This document shows positions 19,235 through 31,652 of a stretch of 64,000 bases of DNA, one piece after another. The stretch covers positions 4,352,001 to 4,416,000 of the forward strand of contig OZ245742.1 of assembly GCA_965227295.1 (NCBI GenBank), written 5' to 3'. Position 1 is the stretch's first letter, and each line of letters starts with the position of its first letter. This DNA comes from Leptonemataceae bacterium (GTDB taxonomy: Bacteria; Spirochaetota; Leptospiria; Leptospirales; Leptonemataceae). The notes below the pieces were generated by a model that saw only the letters and a program-made list of their open reading frames with translations, searched no databases and was not told the origin of the DNA. The translations under genes and the position numbers were made by a program.

Positions 19235-21715
19235 TTAGATCAGTCTCCTGAGCGTATCGAGCAGGACTTCTTGATTGAAGCCGCTCTTGGTAATGTACGC
19301 ATTCGCCCCGACCTCCATGCCCCGCCGGCGATGCTCCTCCGAGGAAAGCGTGGTGACCAGCACCACCGGAAGGTCGCGAAACTCTTCGTGGGCGCGCACG
19401 CGAGACGTGAACGCGAAACCGTCCATGTTGGGCATCTCGATGTCGGAGACGATGGCGTCCACTTTCCCCGGATTCGCGGTCAGCTTCTGGTACGCCTCGC
19501 GGCCGTCCACCGCGACCAGGACCTCGTAGCCGGCACGCTCCAGGATGCGCTTCTCCTGCATGCGCGTGGTGATGGAATCCTCGGCCAGCAGGATCGTGTG
19601 TTTGCCGGAGGTTTTTCGATCGCCGCTTTCTTCCCGGGTCCGCAGGTCCGGCGCGGCTTTGCGACTCAGCTCCGACTTTAACAGATCGCGCGGATTCAGC
19701 ACCACGCATACGGACCCGGATTCCAGGATCGTCATGCCGGATACGTTACGCACGCGCTTTAACATTCCGCTGGTAGACTTTAGTATGATTTCCTGCTCGT
19801 CCAGGAGTTCGTCGACGAGCAGCGCCAGCGTGTCGCCGTGCACGTTGATCACGAAGGCCGGCATCAGTTCCCCGCCGTCCTGCTCCGCCGACGGCGGTTC
19901 CGGAAGCTCCAGCAGCAGCGACAGTCGCGCCGTAGAAATCAGCTCGTCTCCCACGCGAATCGTGTTGCGGCCTTCCAGCGTGAAGATGTCCTCGCGCGCC
20001 ACCATCTGCGTCATCTCAACGTATTCGGTGGGAACGGCGAAGACCTGGCCGGCGGAGCTTACCAACAACACACGCGTTGTAGTGAGGGCCGTGGGCAGCG
20101 TCACCCGAAACGTGCTACCGCGTCCCGGTTCGCTGAGCACGCGGATGCTGCCCTTCATGCGTTCGACGTTGGTCCGCACGACGTCCATGCCGACGCCGCG
20201 ACCGGAGACGTCGGTGATGAGATCCTTCGTGGAGAAGCCCGGTTCAAAAATGAGATTAAAGACCTGTTCGTCACTCATCTCGGCGAGGATCTCGGCGCTG
20301 TGCAGGTTCTTCTGCTCCGCCTTTGCTTTGATCTTTGCGATGTCCAGGCCGCGGCCGTCGTCCTGAATCTCGACGATCACGTTGCGCCCGCTGCGATAAC
20401 CACGGAGCACCAACGACGCCTTGCGATTCTTACCGGCGCTCTCGCGCTCGTCCGGCTCCTCAATGCCGTGGTCCACCGCGTTGCGTAACATGTGCATGAG
20501 CGGATCTTTCATCTCTTCGACGATGCGTTTATCCGCCCGGGTATCGCCGCCCTCGCTCGTGAACTCCACTTCTTTGTTTTGTTCGCGAGACAGATCACGA
20601 ACCGTGCGCGGAAACAATGCAAACAACGTGGACAGCGGCAACATGCGCGCGTCGCGAATGCCGCCTTCCAGACGATCGGAAACCAGGCCGAGTTTCGCCG
20701 CGTCCTCGGAGACCTCGGACTTCAGCCGTTCGAGTACCGCGGAAAATTTTTCGAAGCGTTCGTGTTCGCCGTGGAAGTACTCCCGCAGGCGTTCGATCAT
20801 TTTTTCCCGCGCCCCCTGGTCGGCGCTTTCGAGTTCGCGAATAAGCCGACGATAAGCGCTTCCCGTACGGCCCCAATCTTCCCAGAGGTTCAGGATCTCC
20901 TCAATGTCGCCGGGACGCCGGGCTACGCGTTGCGAAGCGACGGTCAGTTCTCCCGTCTGATTGAGCAGTGCATCCAGGGTCTCCGTGCCGATGCGAATGG
21001 TTTCAATGCGATAGTCGTCGCCGGTATTGCGCTCCTGCAGCGCCTTCGCCGGAGGCGGCGCGGCGTCCGGTTTCGAAGGTGCCGGTGGCGCGGCCGGGGG
21101 CGATGGTGTGAGTGCGGGCGCTTCCGACGGCGGCGGATCCGCGGGCGGCGGCGATGATGACTCGGGAGCGGGATCGGCGGCTGGAGTTTCCGCAATCGGT
21201 CGGGCCGCCGGGATCGGCTCCGCCTCGACGCTGTCCGGGGCTTCAGCCCGGCGATCCGCGGACTCCTTTGATTGTTGCCAGCCCGGTACGGGCGGCGGCT
21301 CCGCTTTCTTTGACTGAACGGAACGATTTTCCGGGAGCGGTCGTCGACCGGTCAGCACGTCGCTCACGTGCACGACGTCGACGCGGGCGGCCTCCCCGCT
21401 GACCGCTTCGTCCACCAGGGCGCGGACGGCGTCCAGGGCGAAGTAGATGCGATCCACCGTCGCGGAATCCAGTTCGGCCTCGTGACGTTTGGCCTGGCCC
21501 AGGCGATCTTCGAGATGATGCGAGAGCTGTTCGACGTCCTCCACGCCTAACATACGCGCAGCGCCTTTTAAGCTGTGCGCCTCGCGAAAGACCTCGTCGA
21601 GTGCCGCCTGGTCGTCCGGGTACTTTTCGAGATGGAGCAGGCCTTCGTCGAGTTTCTGAAGGTGCTCCTCGCTCTCGATCTTAAAAAGATCCCGGAGTTC
21701 CTCGTCTTCGATCAT
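19235..21715 (-). CDS. cheA: Hybrid CheA (Hpt, Pro-rich linker, dimerisation, HATPase, CheW, REC); WspE-like
   Basis: 'FREAHSLKG', 'HMLRNAVDHGIE', 'DDGRG', 'SGRGVGMDVV', C-terminal receiver. Confidence 0.95.
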   Translation of the reverse strand: MIEDEELRDLFKIESEEHLQKLDEGLLHLEKYPDDQAALDEVFREAHSLKGAARMLGVEDVEQLSHHLEDRLGQAKRHEAELDSATVDRIYFALDAVRALVDEAVSGEAARVDVVHVSDVLTGRRPLPENRSVQSKKAEPPPVPGWQQSKESADRRAEAPDSVEAEPIPAARPIAETPAADPAPESSSPPPADPPPSEAPALTPSPPAAPPAPSKPDAAPPPAKALQERNTGDDYRIETIRIGTETLDALLNQTGELTVASQRVARRPGDIEEILNLWEDWGRTGSAYRRLIRELESADQGAREKMIERLREYFHGEHERFEKFSAVLERLKSEVSEDAAKLGLVSDRLEGGIRDARMLPLSTLFALFPRTVRDLSREQNKEVEFTSEGGDTRADKRIVEEMKDPLMHMLRNAVDHGIEEPDERESAGKNRKASLVLRGYRSGRNVIVEIQDDGRGLDIAKIKAKAEQKNLHSAEILAEMSDEQVFNLIFEPGFSTKDLITDVSGRGVGMDVVRTNVERMKGSIRVLSEPGRGSTFRVTLPTALTTTRVLLVSSAGQVFAVPTEYVEMTQMVAREDIFTLEGRNTIRVGDELISTARLSLLLELPEPPSAEQDGGELMPAFVINVHGDTLALLVDELLDEQEIILKSTSGMLKRVRNVSGMTILESGSVCVVLNPRDLLKSELSRKAAPDLRTREESGDRKTSGKHTILLAEDSITTRMQEKRILERAGYEVLVAVDGREAYQKLTANPGKVDAIVSDIEMPNMDGFAFTSRVRAHEEFRDLPVVLVTTLSSEEHRRRGMEVGANAYITKSGFNQEVLLDTLRRLI

Positions 21716-23748
21716 GTTGTTCTGGAAATCTCACGGTGAAAGATATCGTACGCGTCCGGTCCGCCGGAGGCGATGGCTTCCAGCTTCACCGCGGCCTGGT
21801 TCAATTGTTCCACACCCTGTTTGGTCTGCGCCGCACCGGCGGCGTTCTCCCGCGCGCCGGAGCTGATATCGTTCATGGCCTGCACGACTTCGTTCACCGC
21901 AATGGACTGCTGCTTCACGTTCAGAGAGATCTGTTGCGTGTTTTCGACGACGCGGTTCATAGCGCCGGAAACCTCGCGGAAGGCGGTGGCGGTGTGCTCG
22001 GCGAGATCGACGCTGCGGTCCACGGATTTCGTGCCGTCGTCGGTGGCCATAACGGTGGAGTCGGTGGCCTGCTGAATTTCCCCGACGAGATTCTGAATGC
22101 GTTCGGCGGATTTTTTGCTTTGATCGGCGAGTTTGCGAATCTCCGCCGCGACGACGGCAAATCCCTTGCCGTGTTCCCCGGCCCGCACCGCTTCCACGGC
22201 GGCGTTGAGCGCGAGCATGTTGGTCTGGTTCGCGAGGTCGCCGACGAAGTTCGTGATGTTGCCGATCTGATGCGTCTGTTCGCTGAGGTGTGAGATCTGT
22301 TCGGCGATGGCGCTGACCTTGCCTTTGATCTCGCTCATGCCGCCGCGCATCTCTTCGACCATGCCCGTACCTTCTTCGGCGATGCTCAACGCTTCCCGCG
22401 CACCGGCGGCGACGCTCTCGGATTGTTCGGCGGTTTGTTTCGAAGACGCGCCGAGTTCGGACATCGTCGTGCTGGTTTGATTCACCGCCGTGGACTGTTG
22501 CTGCGCCGTCCGCTCCTGCTGGTCCACCGTCGCGGCGATCTCGCTCGTCGAGGTCGTAAGTACGCCGATGATTTCGTTTACCGGCGAGGCAATGCGACCG
22601 GCCAGGAAGGCCGTGGCCACGATGACGATGGCGAGGATCGTGACTCCGATGATCGCCCAGAAGAACAGCAACGTATCGAGGTACTCCAGGGCCTCGGCGG
22701 TATCCATCTCGGCGATGACGGCGTACTCGTTGTCGTCGAGGGTAACGGAGTCGTACGCGCTCATGACCGTGGCGCCGCGATAGTTCGTCGTAACCATGGT
22801 GCCGCTTTCTTTATTGAAGGCCTTCGCAACACTCGGGGTGTCGACGCGGTATTTCTCGTTCAGGAGCGTACTTTCGTCGTAGTGCTCCCGAACGTAGCGT
22901 GAGTTTGTCCGAAACAACTTGTCCTTGCCGACGATGTAGACGTCGCCGGTCTTACCCATGCCTTTCGAGTACTGAATGAACTCGTCCAGGCGCGACTGGG
23001 AGTACTGCACCATGAGGACGCCGATGGTCCGGCCGTTTTCGACGATGGGTGTGGCCTTAAAGTACGCCGGATCATCGTTAGAGGGCGCGTAGGGTTCGAA
23101 GTCCGTATTGAAGATGGCGTCACGGTCGGTGGAAGAGCGGGCTTCTTTGAAGACGCGGGCAATGTGCGTATCCTTCCAGCGACCGTCCAGAAGACTGGTG
23201 CCGAAGTCGTTTTCCTTGAAGACCGTGTACAGGATGTGTCCCGTCTCCGGCTCTACCAGGAAGAAGTCGTAGAGATAGTTGCGTTCCAGGATTTCACGAT
23301 AGTAGCCGTGATAGCGCGAGTGCAAGCGGCTGTACTCGCTCCCGTCCTTCGCATCGTAGAGGTCGTGCTTTTTGCCGATCTCGAAGGGATTCTCACTGAT
23401 GTAGAGTTGCTGCAAACGCCGCATGGCGGCCTCGCGGCTGCCGGTTTCCTCGACGAGTTCGTCGAAGGCGAAGCGAAACTCCTTCATGGCCTGGATGGTC
23501 GCGGGATTCGAGGCTTCGATCTGAATGCTGGTACTGGCCGTCTCCCAGAGTGAAATGAGGCCGGCCTTCTTGAGATTGCGAATGTCCGAGAGCCGCTCCT
23601 CCACCGCCCGGATGACCCCGTTGCGCGCGAAGAGATACGACACCAGAATAAAAAAGACGATAGCGATGATCGTCAGGACGACGTTGAAGATGACGATGCG
23701 CGCCTTGAACGTATAACGCAGGATGTATCGCTCAATAAAGTTTATCAT
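21712..23748 (-). CDS. Methyl-accepting chemotaxis protein with periplasmic Cache-like domain
   Basis: Two TMs; 'QTNMLALNAAVEAVRAGEHGKGFAVVAAEIRKLA' hairpin tip. Confidence 0.95.
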   Translation of the reverse strand: MINFIERYILRYTFKARIVIFNVVLTIIAIVFFILVSYLFARNGVIRAVEERLSDIRNLKKAGLISLWETASTSIQIEASNPATIQAMKEFRFAFDELVEETGSREAAMRRLQQLYISENPFEIGKKHDLYDAKDGSEYSRLHSRYHGYYREILERNYLYDFFLVEPETGHILYTVFKENDFGTSLLDGRWKDTHIARVFKEARSSTDRDAIFNTDFEPYAPSNDDPAYFKATPIVENGRTIGVLMVQYSQSRLDEFIQYSKGMGKTGDVYIVGKDKLFRTNSRYVREHYDESTLLNEKYRVDTPSVAKAFNKESGTMVTTNYRGATVMSAYDSVTLDDNEYAVIAEMDTAEALEYLDTLLFFWAIIGVTILAIVIVATAFLAGRIASPVNEIIGVLTTSTSEIAATVDQQERTAQQQSTAVNQTSTTMSELGASSKQTAEQSESVAAGAREALSIAEEGTGMVEEMRGGMSEIKGKVSAIAEQISHLSEQTHQIGNITNFVGDLANQTNMLALNAAVEAVRAGEHGKGFAVVAAEIRKLADQSKKSAERIQNLVGEIQQATDSTVMATDDGTKSVDRSVDLAEHTATAFREVSGAMNRVVENTQQISLNVKQQSIAVNEVVQAMNDISSGARENAAGAAQTKQGVEQLNQAAVKLEAIASGGPDAYDIFHREISRTT

Positions 23749-23749
23749 T

Positions 23750-24826
23750 TCAGACCTCTTCGTTCACCACCAGTTCGGGGGCTTCGAGAATGCGGGATAA
23801 GTTCAACACGGTGGCGTTGCCCTGATCGTAGCGGCAGGCTCCGCGCACGTACTCCGACGCGGAGGAGCGCACGGCGGTGGGCGCTTCGTCCAGTTCGCTC
23901 AGGCGCAGGGGCAGGACGTCCAGGACCTCGTCCACCACGACGCCGACGGGAATCGAGCCGGTCCTCGCCACCACGACCTTGCCGCCGCGATTCCGCGCGG
24001 ACATGGAGAGCTGCAGCATGCCGCGAATATCGAGCAGCGTCAGGATCTCCCCGCGCAGGTTCATACAGCCGACGACGTGGGACGGCGCGCAGGGGACCGG
24101 GGTCGGCTGGCGCACGTCCGTAAACTCCACGACGCCGTCCAGTTCCACGGCGAAACGTTCCTGATTCAACGCCACGACGGCCAGGTGCAGCATGTCCGTT
24201 TCTTCGTGCTCGTCCGCGTCCCGGGCCAGGGCCCGGGCTCGCTCGCGAAAAATCCGGCGCTCGTCTTCGTTTGCATCGGGGCAGAACAGCGGCAGCTCGC
24301 GGTAATTCGCCGGCAGTTTTTCGAAGTCATCCTGCTCTTCGATCATCTGCGCGTTGAGCGCTAAGATCTTCTCGTGTAAACCTTCGGGATACTTTAAGAG
24401 CAGGTCCTCGTCAAGGACCGTCACCAGTTCGCCGTTCACCCGGGCAATGCGGGAGATGTACAGCGACGCCCGCTGCGATTCGGCGAAGCCGTAGTTCGGC
24501 GCGTCGGAGACCTCGGTTTCGTCCAGTTCGCGAACCTCGGAGACATCGTTGACGATGATGCCCGTGAGTTCGTCGCCGCCGGAGATGACGATGACGCGGT
24601 CCTCGGTACGATAGGGAGCCAGGCGATAGCCCAGGCGTAGATTGAGATCGAGAACCGTAACAATCCGCCCGCGTAAGTTAAAGATGCCGGCCACATCGTA
24701 CGGGGCCTGGGCCACCGGTGAAAGCTCCGGCAACCAGAGGATCTCGAAGACGCGATCCACCCGGACGGCATAGCGGGCACCGCTCAGTTCAAAGAGAAGA
24801 TACGCGTTGGAATCGCCGGCTTGCAT
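23750..24826 (-). CDS. cheW: CheW protein with two CheW domains
   Basis: 'GIFNLRGRIVTVLDL' and 'GCMNLRGEILTLLDI'; linker 'IFRERARALAR'. Confidence 0.92.
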   Translation of the reverse strand: MQAGDSNAYLLFELSGARYAVRVDRVFEILWLPELSPVAQAPYDVAGIFNLRGRIVTVLDLNLRLGYRLAPYRTEDRVIVISGGDELTGIIVNDVSEVRELDETEVSDAPNYGFAESQRASLYISRIARVNGELVTVLDEDLLLKYPEGLHEKILALNAQMIEEQDDFEKLPANYRELPLFCPDANEDERRIFRERARALARDADEHEETDMLHLAVVALNQERFAVELDGVVEFTDVRQPTPVPCAPSHVVGCMNLRGEILTLLDIRGMLQLSMSARNRGGKVVVARTGSIPVGVVVDEVLDVLPLRLSELDEAPTAVRSSASEYVRGACRYDQGNATVLNLSRILEAPELVVNEEV

Positions 24827-24843
24827 AGGTCTTCGGCCCGGCC

Positions 24844-26325
24844 TCAGGCCAGGAGCCGCTCAAGGAATTGTCCGGCCGTTTCTCCGCCGTACTCTTCAAT
24901 TTCGGTCCCGGGATCAAGCGTCTTGAGGAGGTCCATCGCAAGTCTTCGCTGCCGTTCCGAGCGTTCCCGTTCCCCGTCCAGGTCGTAGAGGGACGCGAGT
25001 TCCAGGTACGCCGGGGCGTACTCCGGGTCCAGGTACAGCGCGCGCCGGAGCAGTTCCTCGGCGCGCTGGCGATCCCCCTGCTCCTCCGCAATGCGGGAGA
25101 GCCAGAAGTACGGCTGCGGTCGGAACGGGCTCGCCTTGATGGAGTCGTTCAGGATCATCGCGGCGCGGTCGTGGTCGCCGCGATCGGCGTGAGCCCGGGC
25201 CAGGAGATCAGCCGCTTCGGCGTCGTCGGGATGATCGGCCAGATAGGCGACGAGGCCTTCCAGGGCCGCCTGAGTATCTCCAGTCCGTACAATGCGACGC
25301 AGCTCACTCAGGTCCGCGGCCGGCGCCGATTCCTCCGCCGACGGGCGCCGGGCAATCGCGGGAGATTCCGGTGGCGGCGGACGCGGCGCATTCACCGGCG
25401 ATGGAGTGTAGGAACTCGTACGCTTCGTGCGCGGCGATGCCCCCGCGAGACCGGCAGGCCCCAGGTTGAACAGCGCGCCCCGGGAACTCACCCGGGGCGG
25501 CGCATCATCCTGCCCCTTCTGAAAAACAATGCTCTCCGGAAATACGCGAACGGACAGACCCTTCGGCCGGCTCCCGGATAGTTCGCCGTGGCCGGTGAGA
25601 AGAAAACCTTCATCCCGCAGACAGCGCTGCATCTTCTCCGCCACCGCGGCGATGACGTCGTAGCGCATATAAATGAAGACATTGCGACAGACGATCAAAT
25701 CAAAATCGCGAATGTTGCCGGCGGGGTAATCGTCGCTGTGCAGATTTTGCAGCTCGAACGAGACCAGCGCGCGAATGTCCGGTCGCACCCGGAAGGCCGG
25801 GCCGTCGGCCTCGAAAAATTCGCGGCGATCGTGCTCCTGCACCTGGCGGAACGACCACTTGTTATAGAGCCCGCGCCGCGCATGCGCCAGGGCCTCCGGG
25901 TTCGAATCGGTCCCCAGGATCGTGATCTTCCAGCCGCTTTGATTCGGCAGCACGCGGGTAAGCAGCGCGGCGATGGAGTACGGCTCTTCCCCGGTGCTGC
26001 ATCCCGCCGACCAGATGCGCAGTTCCCGGCCGGCGCCCCGGCGCTGAAGCAACTCCGGCAGGAGGACGTTTTCGATGAGCCGCATCTGCCCGCGGTCCCG
26101 AAAGAAGTAGGACTCGCCGGGAATGAGTTCTACGGCCAGGCGTTCCCATTCGTCGCCGGCGTGTGTTCCGCGAAGTTGTTGCAGATACTCGGTGAGTCCG
26201 GGGAGTCCGAGACTACGAGCGCGCCCGCGGACGACGTTTTCGAACTTGCCTTCGTCGCCGGAACGCAGGTAGATCCCGGTGCGCGCCGAGATGAGTTCCC
26301 GGAGTTGTTGGATTGCGTCGTCCAT
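24844..26325 (-). CDS. cheR: CheR methyltransferase with C-terminal TPR (WspC-like)
   Basis: 'ESYFFRD', 'WSAGCSTGEEPYS', 'CRNVFIY'; TPR 'LRRALYLDPEYAPAYLEL'. Confidence 0.95.
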   Translation of the reverse strand: MDDAIQQLRELISARTGIYLRSGDEGKFENVVRGRARSLGLPGLTEYLQQLRGTHAGDEWERLAVELIPGESYFFRDRGQMRLIENVLLPELLQRRGAGRELRIWSAGCSTGEEPYSIAALLTRVLPNQSGWKITILGTDSNPEALAHARRGLYNKWSFRQVQEHDRREFFEADGPAFRVRPDIRALVSFELQNLHSDDYPAGNIRDFDLIVCRNVFIYMRYDVIAAVAEKMQRCLRDEGFLLTGHGELSGSRPKGLSVRVFPESIVFQKGQDDAPPRVSSRGALFNLGPAGLAGASPRTKRTSSYTPSPVNAPRPPPPESPAIARRPSAEESAPAADLSELRRIVRTGDTQAALEGLVAYLADHPDDAEAADLLARAHADRGDHDRAAMILNDSIKASPFRPQPYFWLSRIAEEQGDRQRAEELLRRALYLDPEYAPAYLELASLYDLDGERERSERQRRLAMDLLKTLDPGTEIEEYGGETAGQFLERLLA

Positions 26326-26372
26326 AAAATTCCTACAACGCAGATCCCAGGCTAACGCAAGAAGAAAAGCCC

Positions 26373-29276
<2,904 letters not shown>

Positions 29277-29398
29277 GATGTTCGTGGGATGCCGGTAAGA
29301 AAGTTACGGTGCCGATCGCCGTCAAGCAGCATGGCCGCGCAGTGCGCCGGGAAATTCAATTGACACATGCTTCGCGCCGTCGGGTCAATCAAGGGCTT

Positions 29399-30601
29399 AT
29401 GCGCCCACGATCCTGGAAGCCGCCGCTGCTCATCTACGCTTTCGTGGAACTGCTGCTCGTGGCCGCAGTCTTCGGCGGTTCGGCCGCCCTCCTGGACGAA
29501 CACCGCCGGGCCGACCTTCGCGATCATGCCGACGCGTATCTCCGGCAAAGCGGCGAGAACCAGGCCCGGGACCTGCATCACCTGGCAAGCATCCCCGCCG
29601 GTTTGCGCACGAACGCACTGGACGGTCGGCAGGATCGTTACGACCTCGCCCTGATTCTGGATGCGGAGAATCAAATATTGAACGGTTGGATCGACGCCGA
29701 GAACACGCCGGCCGGCGTACAAAAACTGCGCGAGTACTCGCTCGAACAGGACCTGCTCGCCCTCGCCCGCAAGTCCTGCACAAACGAAGAAACGGCCGGT
29801 TCGATCACGCAGATCACGACACGTTATCGTCTCGCAGTGCGTCTCCTGACGGTGGCTCCGCTGTGCAATCCGCCGGCTCGCGTGCGCCGGGGGACCGCGG
29901 CCGTGCTGTTGATCGGCCGGAGCTATGATCGCATCCTGACTGAGGCCGCGGACGTACTGGACCTGGAATCGTGGAGCGTCGATGTGCAACGGCCGCAGAA
30001 CGCGTTCGCTTACGTGAGCCGTGAGGGCTTTTACGAAACGCGCGAAGGTTCGGGGGATCGTCTGACGTACTTCGTTGCGATGGAGCCGGCGTTCCAGCTC
30101 GATCTCTACGTCGGCTCCGCCATGATCGCTTTTCTCGTCGTACGCTGGATTGCATTTGCGGTGGTGTTGGTCGTGCTTAAGAAACGGCGAGGAGCAGTTA
30201 CGAGTCGACCACCGCCGCAGTCGGACGTCATCATTGTAGAGGCGGCCGAAGCGGAGATGATTCTTTCCGCGGATCAGGCCGAGCCGGCGCCGCAAGCGGA
30301 GATGCCGGTGGTCGACGGCCCGCCGGAGGTGAATGTCGCACCGGAAGCCGGGGCCGCCCCCGAACCGGCGACGGCCCGCGAGTTGTATGCGGCGGGCAAA
30401 CTGGAGGAAGCCGCGAAGGCCTATCGCGCAATCCTCGCGGAGCAGCCCGAGTTTTACCCGGCGTTGTTCAACCTGGCTTTAATTCAGTATAAGTTAGACC
30501 GGCCCGACGCCGCGGCGGCGTACCTGACGTCGTATCTGGAAAAGTACCCTGCGAGTAAAAAAGGGAAGGCGCTACAAGACCGTTTGTACTCCGTCCATTA
30601 A
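29399..30601 (+). CDS. Membrane-anchored protein with extracytoplasmic domain and C-terminal TPR
   Basis: Two TM segments, acidic/Pro linker, TPR 'YPALFNLALIQYKL'; start uncertain. Confidence 0.65.
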   Translation: MRPRSWKPPLLIYAFVELLLVAAVFGGSAALLDEHRRADLRDHADAYLRQSGENQARDLHHLASIPAGLRTNALDGRQDRYDLALILDAENQILNGWIDAENTPAGVQKLREYSLEQDLLALARKSCTNEETAGSITQITTRYRLAVRLLTVAPLCNPPARVRRGTAAVLLIGRSYDRILTEAADVLDLESWSVDVQRPQNAFAYVSREGFYETREGSGDRLTYFVAMEPAFQLDLYVGSAMIAFLVVRWIAFAVVLVVLKKRRGAVTSRPPPQSDVIIVEAAEAEMILSADQAEPAPQAEMPVVDGPPEVNVAPEAGAAPEPATARELYAAGKLEEAAKAYRAILAEQPEFYPALFNLALIQYKLDRPDAAAAYLTSYLEKYPASKKGKALQDRLYSVH

Positions 30602-30630
30602 TGCGGGCTCCAGGTCTTTCGGGGGAAACG

Positions 30631-31179
30631 ATGCCGAATACCGTACTCATCATTCACGGGGCCAGCAACCTCGCCCGCGACAACATCGCGCGCAAGTGGC
30701 CCCCCGTAATCAAGAGCGTCACCGGAGTGGATACGAACGTCCTGGTGCCGGGCATGCCCGCTCCCGAAAGTCCTGATCTATCCGCCTGGCTCGACTTCCT
30801 GACCAAGCGGGTAAGCGCGGTCCAAGGCCCGCTGCATCTCGTCGGCCATTCCTTTGGTGGGACCGTGGTTCTGAAGTTTCTCGCGGATTCGAATGCGCCG
30901 GTACGGAAAGCCCACATTGCGGCGGCGCCTTTCTGGTGCGGACGTGACCCGGCCTGGAACGTAAGTCCCTTCGCTTTATCACCGGAAGAGCTCGATGTTC
31001 TAAAACAGCGTGAGCTATCTTTTTATCACGGGACGGCGGATGACATTGTCCCGTGCTCGCACCTCGACGAATTTCGCGCAGCGCTGCCCGGCGCCCGCTT
31101 TCGATCCTATGCAGGTATGAATCACATCGATCCGTCGGAAAATTTTCTGAGAGATCTGAGTACCGACTTCGGCGCGTAG
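30631..31179 (+). CDS. Alpha/beta hydrolase (RBBP9/YdeN-like)
   Basis: 'IIHG', GHSFG nucleophile elbow, 'HGTADDIVP', terminal His. Confidence 0.85.
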   Translation: MPNTVLIIHGASNLARDNIARKWPPVIKSVTGVDTNVLVPGMPAPESPDLSAWLDFLTKRVSAVQGPLHLVGHSFGGTVVLKFLADSNAPVRKAHIAAAPFWCGRDPAWNVSPFALSPEELDVLKQRELSFYHGTADDIVPCSHLDEFRAALPGARFRSYAGMNHIDPSENFLRDLSTDFGA

Positions 31180-31191
31180 AGCGCGCAGCTT

Positions 31192-31581
31192 ATGCGAAGC
31201 TGGATGTATCTTCTACTGATTGTATCGGTCCTGCCCGGACATTGCGGGCCCCGGGACGATCCGTTACCGCATTTCTATATGGATGGAACAAATCCCGATG
31301 ATGAATCCGTTGGCATCGTCCTGGACCGTCCGGATACTCTCACGTGTTTCGAAAATGCCCTGGACGGCACGGTGCGTGAACAGGTGATCGTGGGCGACGG
31401 CCGCTGGTCGCGAGACGGGCTGCGCGTTTTCCTCGATGGCGCACCGGGCTGCCTGGCCTGGTTTCGAAAACTGGACTGCGACTACCGGCGCGAGGGCCGG
31501 TTGATTCCGGTGGATGTCCTCGATTGTCGCGACACGCGCGGCCGCAGGTGGCGGTTTTATCGAGACATTGTACGATTGTAG
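31192..31581 (+). CDS. Hypothetical exported or lipoprotein
   Basis: N-terminal hydrophobic stretch ending in Cys; fills the gap between genes. Confidence 0.55.
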   Translation: MRSWMYLLLIVSVLPGHCGPRDDPLPHFYMDGTNPDDESVGIVLDRPDTLTCFENALDGTVREQVIVGDGRWSRDGLRVFLDGAPGCLAWFRKLDCDYRREGRLIPVDVLDCRDTRGRRWRFYRDIVRL

Positions 31582-31652
31582 GATGGCCCCGGAACAACAA
31601 ATCATGGCGCCGGCCGCACGAAACCGAAAGTAAGTCGGAATTCTGGAATGAC

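Noticed and set aside
21020..21330. Pro/Ala-rich low-complexity stretch in cheA
   Set aside because: Ordinary flexible linker after the Hpt domain
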